This document shows positions 38,308-53,078 of a stretch of DNA of 64,000 nt, piece after piece. Under the pieces are notes generated by a model. That model had not been told where the DNA came from. It saw only the letters and a program-made list of their open reading frames with translations, and did no database searches. A program made the position numbers and the translations under genes. Source of the stretch: Octopus sinensis (Eukaryota); NCBI RefSeq assembly GCF_006345805.1, contig NC_043001.1:123504001-123568000 (forward strand), written 5' to 3'. Every line of letters starts with the position of its first letter. The stretch's first letter is position 1.

Positions 38308-38802
38308 ATGTATGTTCAGAGAGAGAGAGAGGGAGAGAGAGAGAGAGAGAGAAATAGAGAGAAAGAGAGAGAAAGAAAGAGAGTGTGAAAAATATATATT
38401 AACTCTAACTATTGAAAAATCGTGATTACTGTATGCAACGAATGCATAACAGGCTTATTTTAAAAGTTATATTTTATAACATAAATGGTGAGCTTTAGTG
38501 TAGTTTGCTTTTGATTCCTTATGAACAGTCACTGGTTCATTATATTTGTGGCGGCAAAATTAATTGACGAGAGAATGATTGAATGCAGAAAAATGTCCTA
38601 AAGGATTTCGCTTGTAAGCAATTGGTTGTCCAGTTTCCTAACAGTTATTTACATATCTTTTGTCGACACATATCAGGGAACGAGTACAGAAACACGCGCA
38701 CAGCTACCCACCCACACGCAAATACACACAGACATGCACACACACAAGCATGCTCATACATACACATACAAGCACCCATATACACATACACAAACACACA
38801 CA

Positions 38803-38844
<42 letters not shown>

Positions 38845-40234
38845 TACAAAAAATTCAGGGTGAATACTTGATAAATGTAAGCACCTGTATATGACATTTA
38901 GTGGTGTAGGTGATAGAGTATATTTATCAAAATAAAAACATGATGCAAAGGATATTTATCAAAAGAAGGGGAATGAAGAGAGTGCAAGCGGGAGATATAG
39001 AGAGACGAACAGAGAGAGAGAAAGAGAGAGAGAGAGTTGAATGGTGTGCGTTGAATGTTATACCATGATGAATTCTTTGTTAAAAAATCATCCTTCATCA
39101 TTAGAAATAGTAAATAACAACAATGTTATAGATTCCGAATAGGAGCAGAAAATTTCAAGAAATTAAGAATAATTCACGATGAATTAACATCTTAGGAGAA
39201 ATAGGCAATCTGATTTCAGTTCCAGATAACAAAGGACAGCTATGAACAGCGGTCGACGTGTGATTTTGCTTCAGTTAGCTTCATCGGAACAGCATTGCCT
39301 TTCTTGCCTCTCGAAACAGCTGTAGAGTTTAAACATTGAAAATCAAACATATACTAAATGGCTTGCGAATATTCTTGGCGAGGATTAACTTTAAAAAAGG
39401 AAAACGAAAACGAGTTTAAAGAAAATAACTCAAAGGTAATACAATGAGTATGCGCAAAATTTCTGACTATCAAATTCAATTCAAAGAGTATTCATCTTAA
39501 ATAACCCCATTTTGATATGGAAGAATGTTACTGTGTGGATGGTGGGACGAGCGTCTTAACCACGGAACCATTCCAGGTTATTGGTCACATAAGTTGAAAT
39601 TCATATACGTTGCTCTTTTAAGCAACAGGAATCCATTTGGACTTCTTGTTCCATGAAAATACTTTCAGTACGGATTCTTGTTTGGGCATATTCTGAATCA
39701 CAACCGGAAAGAAGTTTCCGTGTATGTAGAAAAGAAAAGAGCAGTACTGAAGAACTGCGGTCATATTACAGCTAATTTCATTACTATCATGTAAATGCGG
39801 TTGCACTTGTTAAGAACGACCAGAAAACGAGAGCATTTGCGGTATAGAAATACTAGACGCTTTAACTGACGTATATCAATAATACTGCAGTAATATTATC
39901 ATTAGGTGGTATATGGTGACTAAACACGGACACTTGATCAATTCTGATCACATAAAGAACGATGTTGAGCAATAGCTAGCAAGCACATTACCCTCACAAA
40001 CACACACATACACACAAACAAGCACGAACACGTAGGTGCACATTACTCGCGAATACCCAGAATGTGTACACGCAGTGTTGATTCTAGACATTAACATGCG
40101 ACATAGGGAGACAGATGCAAGCAAATGACGGCGTATTTATATACAAATATATCTCACAACAGCCACAATATACATACATATATATATATATGTGTGTGTG
40201 TATATATATGTATGTATATGTGTACTAATATGCT

Positions 40235-40266
<32 letters not shown>

Positions 40267-40369
40267 ATATATATACAAGTATATATATGCATGCAAAACA
40301 AGCATGCATATACAATTACACATACATATATATTCATGTATACATATCCTATATATATACTATATGTGA

Positions 40370-40655
40370 GGGCGCGTGGCTTAGTGGTTAGGGCATTCGG
40401 CTCATGATCGTAAGGTTGTGAGTTCGATTCCGGCGACGCGTTGTGTCCTTGAGCAAGACACTTTATTTCACTTGCTCCAGTCCACTCAGCTGGCAAAATG
40501 AGTTGTACTTGTATTTCAAAGGGCCAGCCTTGTCACTCTCTGTGTCACGCTGAATCCCCGAGAACTCGTTAAGGGTCACGTGTCTGTGGAATGCTCAGCC
40601 ATTTGCACGTTAATTTCACGAGCAAGCTGTTCCGTTGATCGTATCCGGCGGAGTC
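40370..40655 (+). mobile_element. SINE-A, full length
   Basis: A-box-like TGGCTTAGTGG, B-box GTTCGATTCC (40422-40431), CCTTGAGCAAGACACTT body. Confidence 0.95.
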
Positions 40656-40932
40656 TTTTAGATATACTATATATATATATTTACTTTTAGAAGCAAAAAC
40701 TTTGTTGATGGTGAGTTCGAAGTTTCAGCCACTTAAGCCATCGTCGGACTGCGATGCATTAGAGTTAGTCTTGCCTTTATATAATCTCTGTTGCGACTAT
40801 ATAAATGCCGAAAATTCGAAGTCACTGTCAACAGCATTCTTGTATAACAATAATAAATTTGTACTCTACCAAAGTAAAGAGTAATCCATTAGATTAATAA
40901 AAAGTTGTTTTTATTGTAACTGAATAGGAAAA

Positions 40933-40982
<50 letters not shown>

Positions 40983-41284
40983 AATCATTAATAGAATACA
41001 GAAATCATGTATAGTATTCTATGGTTTAGAGCTAGAGAGTGAGATCGATAGATAGATAATCAATGCGTCTCCTATACAAGTGCAAGGCACGCAATGTATC
41101 CCTAAGATAAATAAATGAATACATATAGCAAATCAGGTTAAAATATAAATTTTGTATTTGTTTGACAGATATATGCACCCTACTTCAATAATATAACTTC
41201 GATTTTTAATATTGCTTGCTCTGCTAAAATAACACATTCCACCCGCCACACACACACACGTACACAGATTATTTCATATATGAA

Positions 41285-41325
<41 letters not shown>

Positions 41326-41588
41326 TCCCGAGCTATAATCTCATTAGGCAGTTTTCCCGGATTCCGTCACAGAAATACTCATTTTTGCCAGCTGAATGAA
41401 TTGAAGAGTTTTGGGTCGATACCCCAGCGCATTGCCCGATCTTGGAATCGACGCCACAGTCTTACGATCATGAATGAAACGCCCTAACTTTTAAGCCACA
41501 CCCTTTCACACTATGTGTATGTGTGTGTATATAATATATATATATATGATTTTGTTTTGATTTTTCCAGTTTCAGCTAATGAGCTGTG

Positions 41589-41624
<36 letters not shown>

Positions 41625-41685
41625 TAGGTAGGTAGGTAGGTAGGTAGGTAGGTAGGCAGGTAGGTAGAAAGATAGATAGATAGAC

Positions 41686-41797
<112 letters not shown>

Positions 41798-41801
41798 TGT
41801 G

Positions 41802-42120
41802 AATGCGCGTGGCTTAGTGGTTAGGGCATTCGTCTCACGATTGTAAGGTCGTGAGTTCGACTCCCGGCGACGCGTTGTGTCCTTGAGCAAGACACTTTAT
41901 TTCACGTTGCTCCAGTCCACTCAGCTGGCAAAAATGAGTTGTACCTGTATTTCAAAGGGCCTTCCTTGACACACTCTGTGTCACACTGAATCTCTCTGAG
42001 AACTACTTTAGGGGTACACGCGTCTGTGGATTGCTCATCCCTTGCACGTTAATTTCATAATCAGGGTGTTTCTTTGATCGTATCACCTGGGAACCTCGTT
42101 GTCGTAACCGACGGACTGCT
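41802..42120 (+). mobile_element. SINE-A, full length
   Basis: High similarity to 40370-40655; tail GTCGTAACCGACGGA. Confidence 0.95.
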
Positions 42121-42159
42121 CCTACATGTATATATATGTGTGTATATATGTATATATAT

Positions 42160-42224
<65 letters not shown>

Positions 42225-43047
42225 GTGTGTGTGTGTGTGTAGAATAAAAATCTAAGAGAATACTTTATAAGCACTCCGAGCAGATCAAACTTAAGCTAAA
42301 TTGTCCGACGAAAACCAATTTAATTCATGCTACTTGTCTAGTTTTTTTTTTTTAATCCGAAGTTCTAACACTTGTTAAATTTAGTATGAAGTGCGGAGTA
42401 TAGTTGAAAAATACAAAAGAATGGATAATTATTCATATTTTAATGAGCTTACGCACGTTTCGGGTACATTGTCAGAGTCCGAAAATTCAGCGATACAGTA
42501 ATCATGCACATTAATCGATCCCGATATTTGGTCGACTAAGATTTTGCATTGATAGAAAAAATTAATGCTATTTTATCCTTATAAAACCTTAACTATGGTG
42601 CATTGGACAGAAACATTGATTGTTAGATTTTTCAGTCGCATACGTCGACTTGAAAAATGTTCATGGCAAAATCCTTATCCCATTTGAACTATTATCAACC
42701 AGTTCAAATACTCAGAAAAATTTGTAGAACGAAGCTATTCAGTAAATGACTATATAGGTTAACGTGGAAATGCCATTTGATCAGTGTTAATTCTAAATAT
42801 AAGCTATGAGTAGAGACAGATTGAATGGACGAGAAATTTAAAGGAAAATAAACACTAAGGAAGATCTATTTCAAAAAGATTATCTTTCTTAACAGTTTAA
42901 ATATTTACAAATAAAGTAATTGTAATACCATTAAGAAAAAATTGAAACAAAAAATAAAGTTAAAAAATAAATTAAAAAATAAATTAAACAAATTAAAATG
43001 ATTATAAATTAATTAACCAATCTAATTACAGACTTTAAAAACTTAAA

Positions 43048-43215
<168 letters not shown>

Positions 43216-44194
43216 TTGAAAATTTAGTTAAAATAATTTGATAAAATAAATATCAGTGTCTCTACCAAACCGAGAAAGGCAGATCCAACCTATTGCATTA
43301 GAGTATTCTAATCACTACACCATATATTTGAAAAAGGTTTTTAGATGTTCTTCTAAGGAAATGTATCCTTAATATTTATTCTTTTCTTTTCCTTAATATA
43401 TTACATTTGGTTGTAAAGATACGCAGTGTCTACTCGAGTCATACGTTACATTTAAGTTTCGCTATATTCCACCGTAGAGCACTACTTATTATAGCGCATT
43501 TAATATCGTACCTAACATTTCTCTGTTTGAGGCTTTGAAATTAAAGAAGTGAAGCTTTCTTTTTTTCACCGTATTTAAATGAAGAAATGCGATTATATAT
43601 TTTCGGGTTAAAATCAATTGCGCAAGCACCTATTAAACAGTACGTACATCCCTGTATTGTTACCGAACATTTATAGACTAATGACTGAATCCATTTCAAC
43701 AAACCCTTTTAACTTAATAGTATTATGCGCTGTTATAAATTCACCTAAGCTTCTTGTAGCTGATTAGGCAAATTTAATTGTACGTGTGACAAATAGCCTA
43801 CTCCATGCTGGGAAATGCTTGTACAGAGCCATGATAAATTTACCTGGGATATTTGTGGATATTTGGACCTCGTATGGAACATTATACCATGTTATCTATC
43901 TCATGCGAGTGCTTCGTAATCTAGAATACATATTATAAGTGCTATTTCTGATCATATTCCCATATATATAGTTATTAGCAAAAAATCTGACGAGAACCGT
44001 ATTGAACCTCTGAGTTCGAATCATTCGTGTTATTACTATTCCTATTGCTATATATTTTGCTCTTTCTCTTATTAGACTTGCTTTTATTATTATTATTATA
44101 CTTATCATCGTCTTCATCATTGCCACCGTTAGTATTATTAACATGATTATGATAATTCTTATAAAGGTGGAGAGCTTTAAAGAAACATTAGCCT

Positions 44195-44390
44195 GCTGGA
44201 CAAAATGCTTAGCGGCATTTCGTCTGCCGGAACGTTCCGATTTTAAATTTTGCCGAGGTCGACTTTGCCTTTCATCATTTCGGGGCTGATAAGTCAAGTA
44301 CTAATCAAGCACTGGGGTCGACGTAATCGACTAGCCCCTACGCACAAAACTTCTGACCTTGTGCCTGTAGTAGAAAGGATTATGATTTTT
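44195..44390 (+). mobile_element. SINE-C with tail-1
   Basis: AAAATGCTTAGCGGCATTTCGTCTGCCG...GCCGAGGTCGACTTTGCCTTTCATC...CCTTGTGCCTGTAGTAGAAAGG. Confidence 0.85.
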
Positions 44391-44698
44391 CCTATAATAA
44401 TACGAAGATTGCTTGGTTGTTATTATCTTTATTGATATAATACTTGGTTGTTATAATACTTATTAATACTATATTAATACAACGTTTGCCACACGTGTTC
44501 CTATAGGTACTTTCGCTCTTAATATCACTGTTTCTATTAGAATTGTTTTACTTGGTTGCTCAGTTTATCTTCACTGCATTTTCTATTATCAATAAAGCTT
44601 TCCTAACTATTTCTGTTACTTTTATTATTTACTTCGTTATCAGCGCGTGTATACATATGATAATATATATATATCAGAAATACCTGTATGACAAGGTA

Positions 44699-44968
44699 CC
44701 AATGTTTAAAGAAATATATTCATCTCTCATACCTCCTCACTTTTTGTGGCTTATATAGATAGATAGATACGTACAAACTTGGCTAGAAAGTGATACTCTT
44801 GTATTGTAATATTTAAAATTTATATATGTATGTATGTATGTAGTATGTGTGTGTATGTATGTATGTATGCGTGTACGTACATATCTATCTATCTATCTCT
44901 TTATCTATCTATCTTAGCCACAAAAAGTGAAAAGGTATGAGAGGTGAATATATTTCTTTAAACACTGG
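44699..44968. repeat. Inverted repeat, 52-bp arms with 4 mismatches
   Basis: 44699-44750 versus 44917-44968, extended by (AGAT)n/(ATCT)n; the spacer is mostly microsatellite. Confidence 0.9.
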
Positions 44969-45567
44969 ACTTTCTTAGGATGACGCCGTTTCGTAGCTTT
45001 ATTTATGTAGTAACGATTTCAATGCAGAATGAATCATAATTACATTGATATGTATGATTTATACAATAAGTTGTATATTCGCAAATCCATGCAAAGAAAG
45101 GAAGCTTTATACGTAATTGTATTGCATAATGCGCACCATGCAAGTGGATGCAAACATGAAAACATTGTATATTCCTTACAGAAATTATTATTACACGAGG
45201 AAAGCTGTGAAACGGACATAATGTTAAGGATGTCAAGAGGTTCAATAGAAATATTCACTTGTCTATACTTCTGGCGTTTTATGATTTATGTACTTTTCAT
45301 GAAATTATTTCACCGATCTGATCTTCTGGATTTCTGCAGCATGGTCATTCTGCATTATGCTACTCTGTATTGGATTAGTATGTATTGCAGGTCTGTTAAC
45401 GAATCCCTTGGAGACTCTTCCTGTGATAGCTTCACTATTCTCTGAATGCATATCTTATATACTACAAATTTATAAATATATATTTGTGTGTGTGTTTTGT
45501 GTGTGTGTGGTTTGTGTGTGTGTGTATACATCTATGTATGTGTGTATTACCGCTACCATCTCACCGT

Positions 45568-45568
45568 G

Positions 45569-45605
<37 letters not shown>

Positions 45606-45624
45606 GATAATAATAATAATAATA

Positions 45625-45721
<97 letters not shown>

Positions 45722-45722
45722 G
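45568..45722. repeat. (AAT)n-(GAT)n-(AAT)n compound microsatellite
   Basis: Direct inspection. Confidence 0.95.
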
Positions 45723-45809
45723 CTATTAGCGCCCAATGTACTTGTATTTTTCTGTGAACCAGTTGTTCAGTGCAGAGCCTAATGATAATAAATGAATGAG
45801 AGTTGTCGT

Positions 45810-45976
45810 TACGTTCTGAGTTCAAATTTCGCCGATGTCGACTTTGCCTTTCATCCTCTCGGGGTCGATAAATAAAGTACCAGTTTCACACTGGGTCGAT
45901 GTAAACGACTTAATCCGTTTGTCTGTCCTTGTTTGTCCCCTCTATGTTTAGCCCCTTGTGGGTAATAAGGAAATAT
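45810..45976 (+). mobile_element. 5'-truncated SINE-C with tail-2
   Basis: TACGTTCTGAGTTCAAATTTCGCCG...CGACTTAATCCGTTTGTCTGTCCTTGTTTGTCCCCTCTATGTTTAGCCCCTTGTGGGTAATAAGGAAA followed by (TA)n. Confidence 0.9.
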
Positions 45977-46002
45977 ATATATATGTAACTCCGGTTCTTT
46001 TG

Positions 46003-46050
46003 TCATTTCTTGATGACGACAATGATGATGGTGGTGAATACGATGATGGC

Positions 46051-46088
<38 letters not shown>

Positions 46089-46470
46089 GATGATGATGAT
46101 GGCGACGATTATTGTGATGAAGATGGAAGTTATGACGTTGACAACGACGGCGACGATAATGATGAATACGGTGGTACGAGGATGTCAATGAAGGTAGTGG
46201 TGACAGCTCTCGTGGTGGTGGTGGTGATGGTGGTGGTGATGGTAGTGGTGGCGATGGCGGTATTGTTTTTGCTGCTACAGGTGATGATGATGATAGGAGG
46301 AGGAGGAGAAGGAGGAGGAGGAGAAGGAGGAGGAGGAAGAGAGTGATGGTGTTGGTGACTATTTTGCATACTATGTCTATTATAATGATGACGATGATGA
46401 TGATTGATGATAATGATGATGATGATGATGACGACGACGATGATGATAACAATGGTGGTGGTGGTGGTTT
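46003..46470. repeat. Mixed trinucleotide low-complexity tract (GAT/GGT/GGA)
   Basis: Direct inspection. Confidence 0.9.
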
Positions 46471-47164
46471 GGAAGAAATCTACCGTCTCTACGCAGACTA
46501 GGCAGGCTTACCATCAAACGTACAAACAGGCGTACAAAACCGACTTATTGACAGACGTACCGACGGACAAAGAAATGAAACGGGCAGATAACCATCAGAC
46601 TCACCACCTGCCAGACAGTCAGAAAGTGACTAAAACATGCTTATCAGCTGGCAGCCAGCCAGACAGTCAGTTAGTGAAAGAGGAAGAGGAAGAGGCATAT
46701 AAAACGACAATTAGAAATATAAAATTATTTGGGGATTTCGATTTGAGATGTTAGAGGTTTTTTATTTTCATTCATAGATTTTGTTTTTCTTTCCATTGTG
46801 TGGAGTGGGTGGGCTGTTGCTATTGCTGTTGTTGCAGGTGGCGGTGTTGGTGGTGCATTTAGTGGTGGTGGTGAGGATGGTGGTGGTGGTGGTTGATATA
46901 GATGGGCGGAGGTATGTTTGTTTTGCTTGTGCAGCAGAGTTGGTAGACAGCAAATGTGTGTGTGTGTGGGGGGGGATTTGCGTGTGCAGGTATGTGTGAT
47001 GTGTATGCGTGTGCTTGTATGCTTGTGTGTGTGTGTGTGTGTGTGTGTGTGACTCGCGTGTATGCATCTGACTATGTTCCTGTGAGTATTTGATTTTGTA
47101 AGTTTCCGTCTTTCTGTCTGTCTAGCTAATTATCTATCTGTCCGTCTGTCTGCCTGTCTTTTAT

Positions 47165-47375
47165 TCTTTTATTCTTTTATTTGTTTCAGTCATTTGACTG
47201 CGGTCATGCTGGAGCACCGCCTTTAGTCGAACAAATCCACCGCTGGACTTATTCTTTGCAAGCCCAGTACTTATTCTATCGGTCTGTTTTGTCGAACTGC
47301 TAGATACGGGGATGTAAACACACTAACTTTGGTTGTTAAGCGATGGTGTAGGGACAAACACAGACACACAAACAT

Positions 47376-47449
<74 letters not shown>

Positions 47450-47595
47450 CGACGAGCTTTTTTCAATGTCCGTCTACCAAATCCACTCACAAGGATTTGG
47501 TCGGCCCGTGGCTATAGTAGAAAACACTTGCCCAAGGTGCCACGCAGAGGGAATGAACCCGGAACAATGTGGTTGGCAAGCAAGCTACTTACCAC
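47165..47595 (-). mobile_element. SINE-B, full length
   Basis: Reverse complement of 17445-17845 with an internal (TA)n/(CA)n array. Confidence 0.9.
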
Positions 47596-47597
47596 AT

Positions 47598-47752
47598 CGA
47601 CTCCAGTGCGTAACTGGTACTTAATTCATCTACCCCGAAAGGATGAAAGGCAAAGTCGACCTCGGCGGAATTTGAACTCAGACCGTAGCGGCAGACGAAA
47701 TACCCCTGCATTTCGCCCGGCGTGCTAACGTTTTCTACCAGCTCGCCGCCTT
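47598..47752 (-). mobile_element. SINE-C, 3'-truncated, fused to SINE-B
   Basis: CCAGTGCGTAACTGGTACTTAATT...GGCGGAATTTGAACTCAGA...CAGCTCGCCGCCTT. Confidence 0.85.
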
Positions 47753-48119
47753 AGATTCCAGTCAATTCTGGTAAATAAACAAGTGAGCGTTCTTTTGGCA
47801 TGTTCACTTGTCCACCTGGTAGTTACTTGGAGATAGTTAGCAATGAGTTGCGAGGTGCACAGCATGGGACAGTATTGTGTAGTAGAGAAGAAAATGTTGC
47901 ATATATGAATGTTGGATAGAAATTCTTCTGTTGGGGATAAGCTTATCATGTATTTTATTTCCTTAGTTGCAGATATATAATTTTAACGAAGCAGGGGTGA
48001 AGCAATATATTCGCAGACGTAACTTCCAACTACCAACACGCGAGACTCCAACGTATTGAGCAATCATTCATTTTAATGTAAAATTGTTTTTCTTTCAATA
48101 TGAGAAAAAACAAACATTA

Positions 48120-48231
<112 letters not shown>

Positions 48232-48334
48232 GTCTGTCTATCTGTCTGTGTGTCTGTATGTGTGTCTGTCTGCCTGTCCTTCTGTCTGTATGTCACTCAG
48301 TCAGTCTTTCTGTCTGTCTAAACATATGTATATG

Positions 48335-48365
<31 letters not shown>

Positions 48366-48563
48366 GTACATATATTTATTAATGTTTATTAACATTTGTT
48401 TATATATCTAATGCATATTATTTTATATACACATACATACGTATAGGTAGACAGAGAGATAGATTAATGTTTGTTATATATATATACACATACATATATT
48501 TATTAATATTTGTTTATATCATATATATTATATATATGTATTATGTATATATATATATATATA

Positions 48564-48614
<51 letters not shown>

Positions 48615-48617
<3 letters not shown>

Positions 48618-48975
48618 ATATATAAACGGCAGTTTGTCTGTGTGTGTTTCTGTGTGTCTGTTTGCTTGTACCCTCACCCTGACCACGCTTCACCCGATTC
48701 TGATGAAACTTGACACCACATAGCCCAATGTCATAATTCAAAACTAACGCAGCGAAAATTTTGAAAAGTTCCCCCAGTTCTGAAAAAATCGATAAATTCG
48801 ACATGGGGTCGAGAATCAGAAACACAAACCCAGACTGTCTAGGGGACCCACATCGACCTTTTTAACTAAAAAAAAAATTACCATCATTTTTTCCCCATTT
48901 TTTGGCTATAACTCTCTAAAAATGCTTTATAGTTATTTCCCTTACAAACCCGAGCAACGCCGGGCGATACTGCTA

Positions 48976-48976
<1 letters not shown>
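48615..48976 (+). mobile_element. Non-autonomous Helitron
   Basis: 5' TC (48615-16) after A; subterminal GC hairpin CCCG-A-GC-AAC-GC-CGGG (48949-48964); 3' CTAG (48973-76) before T; no TSD; sits in (TA)n. Confidence 0.85.
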
Positions 48977-49018
<42 letters not shown>

Positions 49019-49019
49019 A

Positions 49020-49061
<42 letters not shown>

Positions 49062-51600
49062 TATAATATATATAATGTTTGTATATATATATAATATACA
49101 GATCACGGTATCGACCAGACAACTGGATGTTGTCAGACATCACTGGTCACAAAGCGTTTCGCATTGATCTAGCATAAAAATAGGCACACAGAAACATAAA
49201 TATAGTGGGCTACAAAGACATAAAAATGCTTAATATAATTTTCGATGTCAGTTTTGTAGCTTTAGTTATGTTGCTCGAGTATTTTTGTGAGGCATTCATC
49301 CAGCATAGAGGGTGGACATCAGGATGCTTCGTATTTAGTCTTAGCAAAGCATGATTATTTATTAGTTGTCTAGGTTGCCTGCACTTATTTGTAGCCTCAA
49401 AAGCTTAGCTTCTGTGTATCTCTTTAATATATAATCTGGATATGCTCTGTCCACAACATACTTTTTACAGCTATACCTAGAATCTGAATTTGCGATTTTA
49501 TTATCAGCTTGCAATTTTTGCAATTCACAAAATACATTCAACAGGTTCGACGGCTATTTTGTTTCATTGTGTAACCATCGCTTTACGTGTGAATGGCTTA
49601 AATGTTGCTATTTAATCTGCTTTAAGTTTACACAGAGGCCTTGCAAAGATAAATTCTTCTTCACAACGTTTCATCTCGGTGCTCCCTCAGTTTAAGCTTG
49701 GTTTCCAATTGTAATAGCTTTGAAGTCATATTAGCAGTTTACTGCGTATTTCCTTAGATCCATTCTTGGTGTAGTGTACATTGCCTTAATTTATGTCCAA
49801 ATCTCCTTCGATGTCCGAGAGTTCGAAGTATATATCCCTTTTGGAAATAGTTTCATATCAGGAAGAGAAGAGTCAAAAGTCGAGATCTGCTGTGCTGTAG
49901 TTTAATTGGAAACCGTGTTATCTTTTGAAGATGAATAGATTATTTAGCGGATATCATTGCATTTGTTTGTGGACGAGTGATTTTATCACATTTGTCATTA
50001 AAACAGAAGGGAGATAGCGTGCAATACATTTTACAGGGCATTTGAAATTGGTGGAGGTGAGGGATTGAGGGAAGAAAAAATGTTTCTTCTTCAAACCATA
50101 AGCCTCTTCCTAAATTCTGAATTCTTACAACCGAGTGAACTCTGCTAGAGGCACTTAGAGTGTCAGTTGTGGATAAATTTAGTGCCGAAATGAATCTATC
50201 GTCCGAGTAGGCTATGAAAACATTATATTTAGCACGCAAGAAGACGGAACAAATATTTGAAGTATCCACTGTACTGAATTGGCAGTTTTTATCGATCCCG
50301 AAAAGATAATAGGATAATAGGTGAAACTGTGTATGGTGGGATTTGAACTTAGAGTACAGAGTTTCGGAACAAATACTACGAGCGTATTTAACGCTCTAAT
50401 GACACTGTCAAATCGCTATTCTGCTTCAGTGTCAATATATCTTGCTGCATGTAAAGTATCTATTTCAGCTCACGTCCAGCCGAAATCATCCTTCTCGATG
50501 ATTCAGTTCACAAAATTCGTTTTTAGTCGTCACAAACCTCCAACGCCAACCTCACTGGTGCAGCAGTTGTCTGACCCAGATAGTGTCTTCCTTTGAAATA
50601 ACAACTATCCAAAAATTTCGTGACTTCTTTCTACTATAAAAACAACTGTCATCACCGAGTTGAGCGCAACATCTGATCAGTCGTATCAAAATAAATTTAT
50701 CTCTTCAGATACTTTCTTCTCTTTTTCCTCTCCGAATATTTTGGAATTCCAGATCAGCTATTAGTCACAAGTCCACAGTGTTTACTTTTACTTTTGGAGC
50801 AAATATATGATACATCTCTTACTTGAAAGAGTCGAGAAGGTGAGCAGCACTATCCCCTTAGTTATGTTCATTCATAGCCCTACACAGAGGAAAGTGTGTC
50901 CCCACAAATCTATATACTTTACAAACAGCGACTTTACAAAATGAAGAACACTGACAATAACATATTCAGGAATTTAGCCATCATCATCATCGTCTGGGTA
51001 GTATTTACCAACCACCTGATATACATAAGGGTGGTCATTGGTAAAACTTTCACCAAAATTTTTGCCCTTTTACCAGAGTCTAGAACGTTTTCGAAATGAT
51101 CAATGAGATAGCTAACTAACCGTAGGATTTGAACTCAGAACGCATAATGAACTAGAGTTAATCGATAGTATATATACTGCTCGTCAATTTCCAACAGTGG
51201 GGTCCAATAACATTTTTATGGTTCCGATTTTAGTTATTAGCTCAGCATATTTATACATATTGACGGCAGTGGGGGTAGAGAAGCAGTTTATGAGTCTGTG
51301 TGTTTGTGTAAATACACATTCACACACATACACACATACGCTCATACACACACACACACACGAGCACATATTAATATTGCGTGTACTTGAACGTAAAAAA
51401 AAAGTAACCTTAAAATACAAAGCAAAGTGCTAAGTACTTGAACAAAAAGTGTGTTATATTATTTCATGGGTGACAAATTTACACGGTTAATACTGTTTCC
51501 AATTATGGCGATCAGATTCACCGGAAAAATGAATCACTTGTTATATCTGTGAACCAGTCAGTAATAATAAACACACACACATAGTCGAATAATGATAAAG

Positions 51601-51637
<37 letters not shown>

Positions 51638-51650
51638 ATATGTATGTGTA

Positions 51651-51684
<34 letters not shown>

Positions 51685-53040
51685 ATATATGTATGTGTAT
51701 GTAATATATATATGCATATATATATATATATATCATATATTATATATATATATATATAAATATGCATACATATATATGTATGTGTATGTATATATATATA
51801 TATAGTTATAAATATATATACCTATACATACGTATAAGTATATGTGAATGTAAGTATATATGAATACTCATATATACATCTTCAAGTACATATATGTATA
51901 TATATATATGTGTGTATTTGTGTATGTATGTACATACATATATACAGAGAAAGAGAGAGAGGAAGGGAGAGATCAGAGATAGGGAGACGAGGGGAGAGAA
52001 AGGGAGACGAGGGGAGAGAAGGTGGCAGTGCGACAGAAAGAACAAGGGATTGACAAGATTGAAAGACAGGAAATAACAGCAGTAAGTGAATGAAATGGGA
52101 AGGAAGGAAGGATTAACGGAATTGGCAGCTGGAATGGAGGAATGGAGGAATGGAAGAGAAGACAGAGCATAAAAAAAAACAATAATAGCGGAGAGTGTAG
52201 AGATGATGGAGACTTCGAGAAGAAGCAGTGTTTGAGTCTGCAGAGAAAAAAGAAAGAGTGAGAGAGAGAGAGATTGAGAGAGATTGAGAGAGTGAGAATG
52301 GGGAGGGATAGCGAGAGGATTAACAGTTCCATATATGATGTGTGTGACGGTCGTGAGTTGGAGAGGAAGAAGTAGAAAAATGAACGATTGTGTGACAGAA
52401 TGACGTATAACGGAATAACAGAATAGCAGAATATCAGAATGCATGTGCGTATTACGGAGTAAGAGAATGTGACAACATATATATGAGTGTGTGTGTGTGT
52501 GTGTGTATGTGAGAATTAGAGAGAGGGAGGGAGGGAGAGAGAGAAAGGGAAAGAGAGGGAGAAGGTGAGAATGATTGAAATTAACATATTTTACAACTCC
52601 AGCCTACGGTACAAGTCAGCAATATTCAATGAGCTCCTCTTCCTCCCCTCTTTGGCCCCTCTAACATATACAAGAAACATCTCGTGTCATACCGCACTCA
52701 GACATACACACCCATACATGCACACACATACACACAAACGTATGCTTTTTGTAAACATCTATATACATATATATATATATACACCACACATACATACATA
52801 TATAGATTTATATATATACTAGATATATTATATATATATACATCTACATATATATATATATGTTTGTATATTTAAAGGCTAAAAACCACTAGGTGGTCAG
52901 CCGTATGCTAGAAGTAGATCACCTACGATCAAACTACAAAAAAAAAGGATGTTCTCTAGAGGAAAATTCACCAGACACCAGACAAAATGCGGCAAGACAT
53001 ATATATATGTACAATATATAATTATATATATATATAATAT

Positions 53041-53078
<38 letters not shown>

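Noticed and set aside
39668-39785. Plus open frame YGFLFGHILNHNRKEVSVYVEKKRAVLKNCGH
   Set aside because: Protein-like but short, with an ambiguous donor and no motif.
40691-40745. 20-nt micro-exon with strong sites, overlapping a very degenerate antisense hammerhead-like motif
   Set aside because: Both readings are weak and mutually confounded.
48699-48712. CTGATGA inside the Helitron
   Set aside because: No stem II/GAAA/stem III follows; not a hammerhead.
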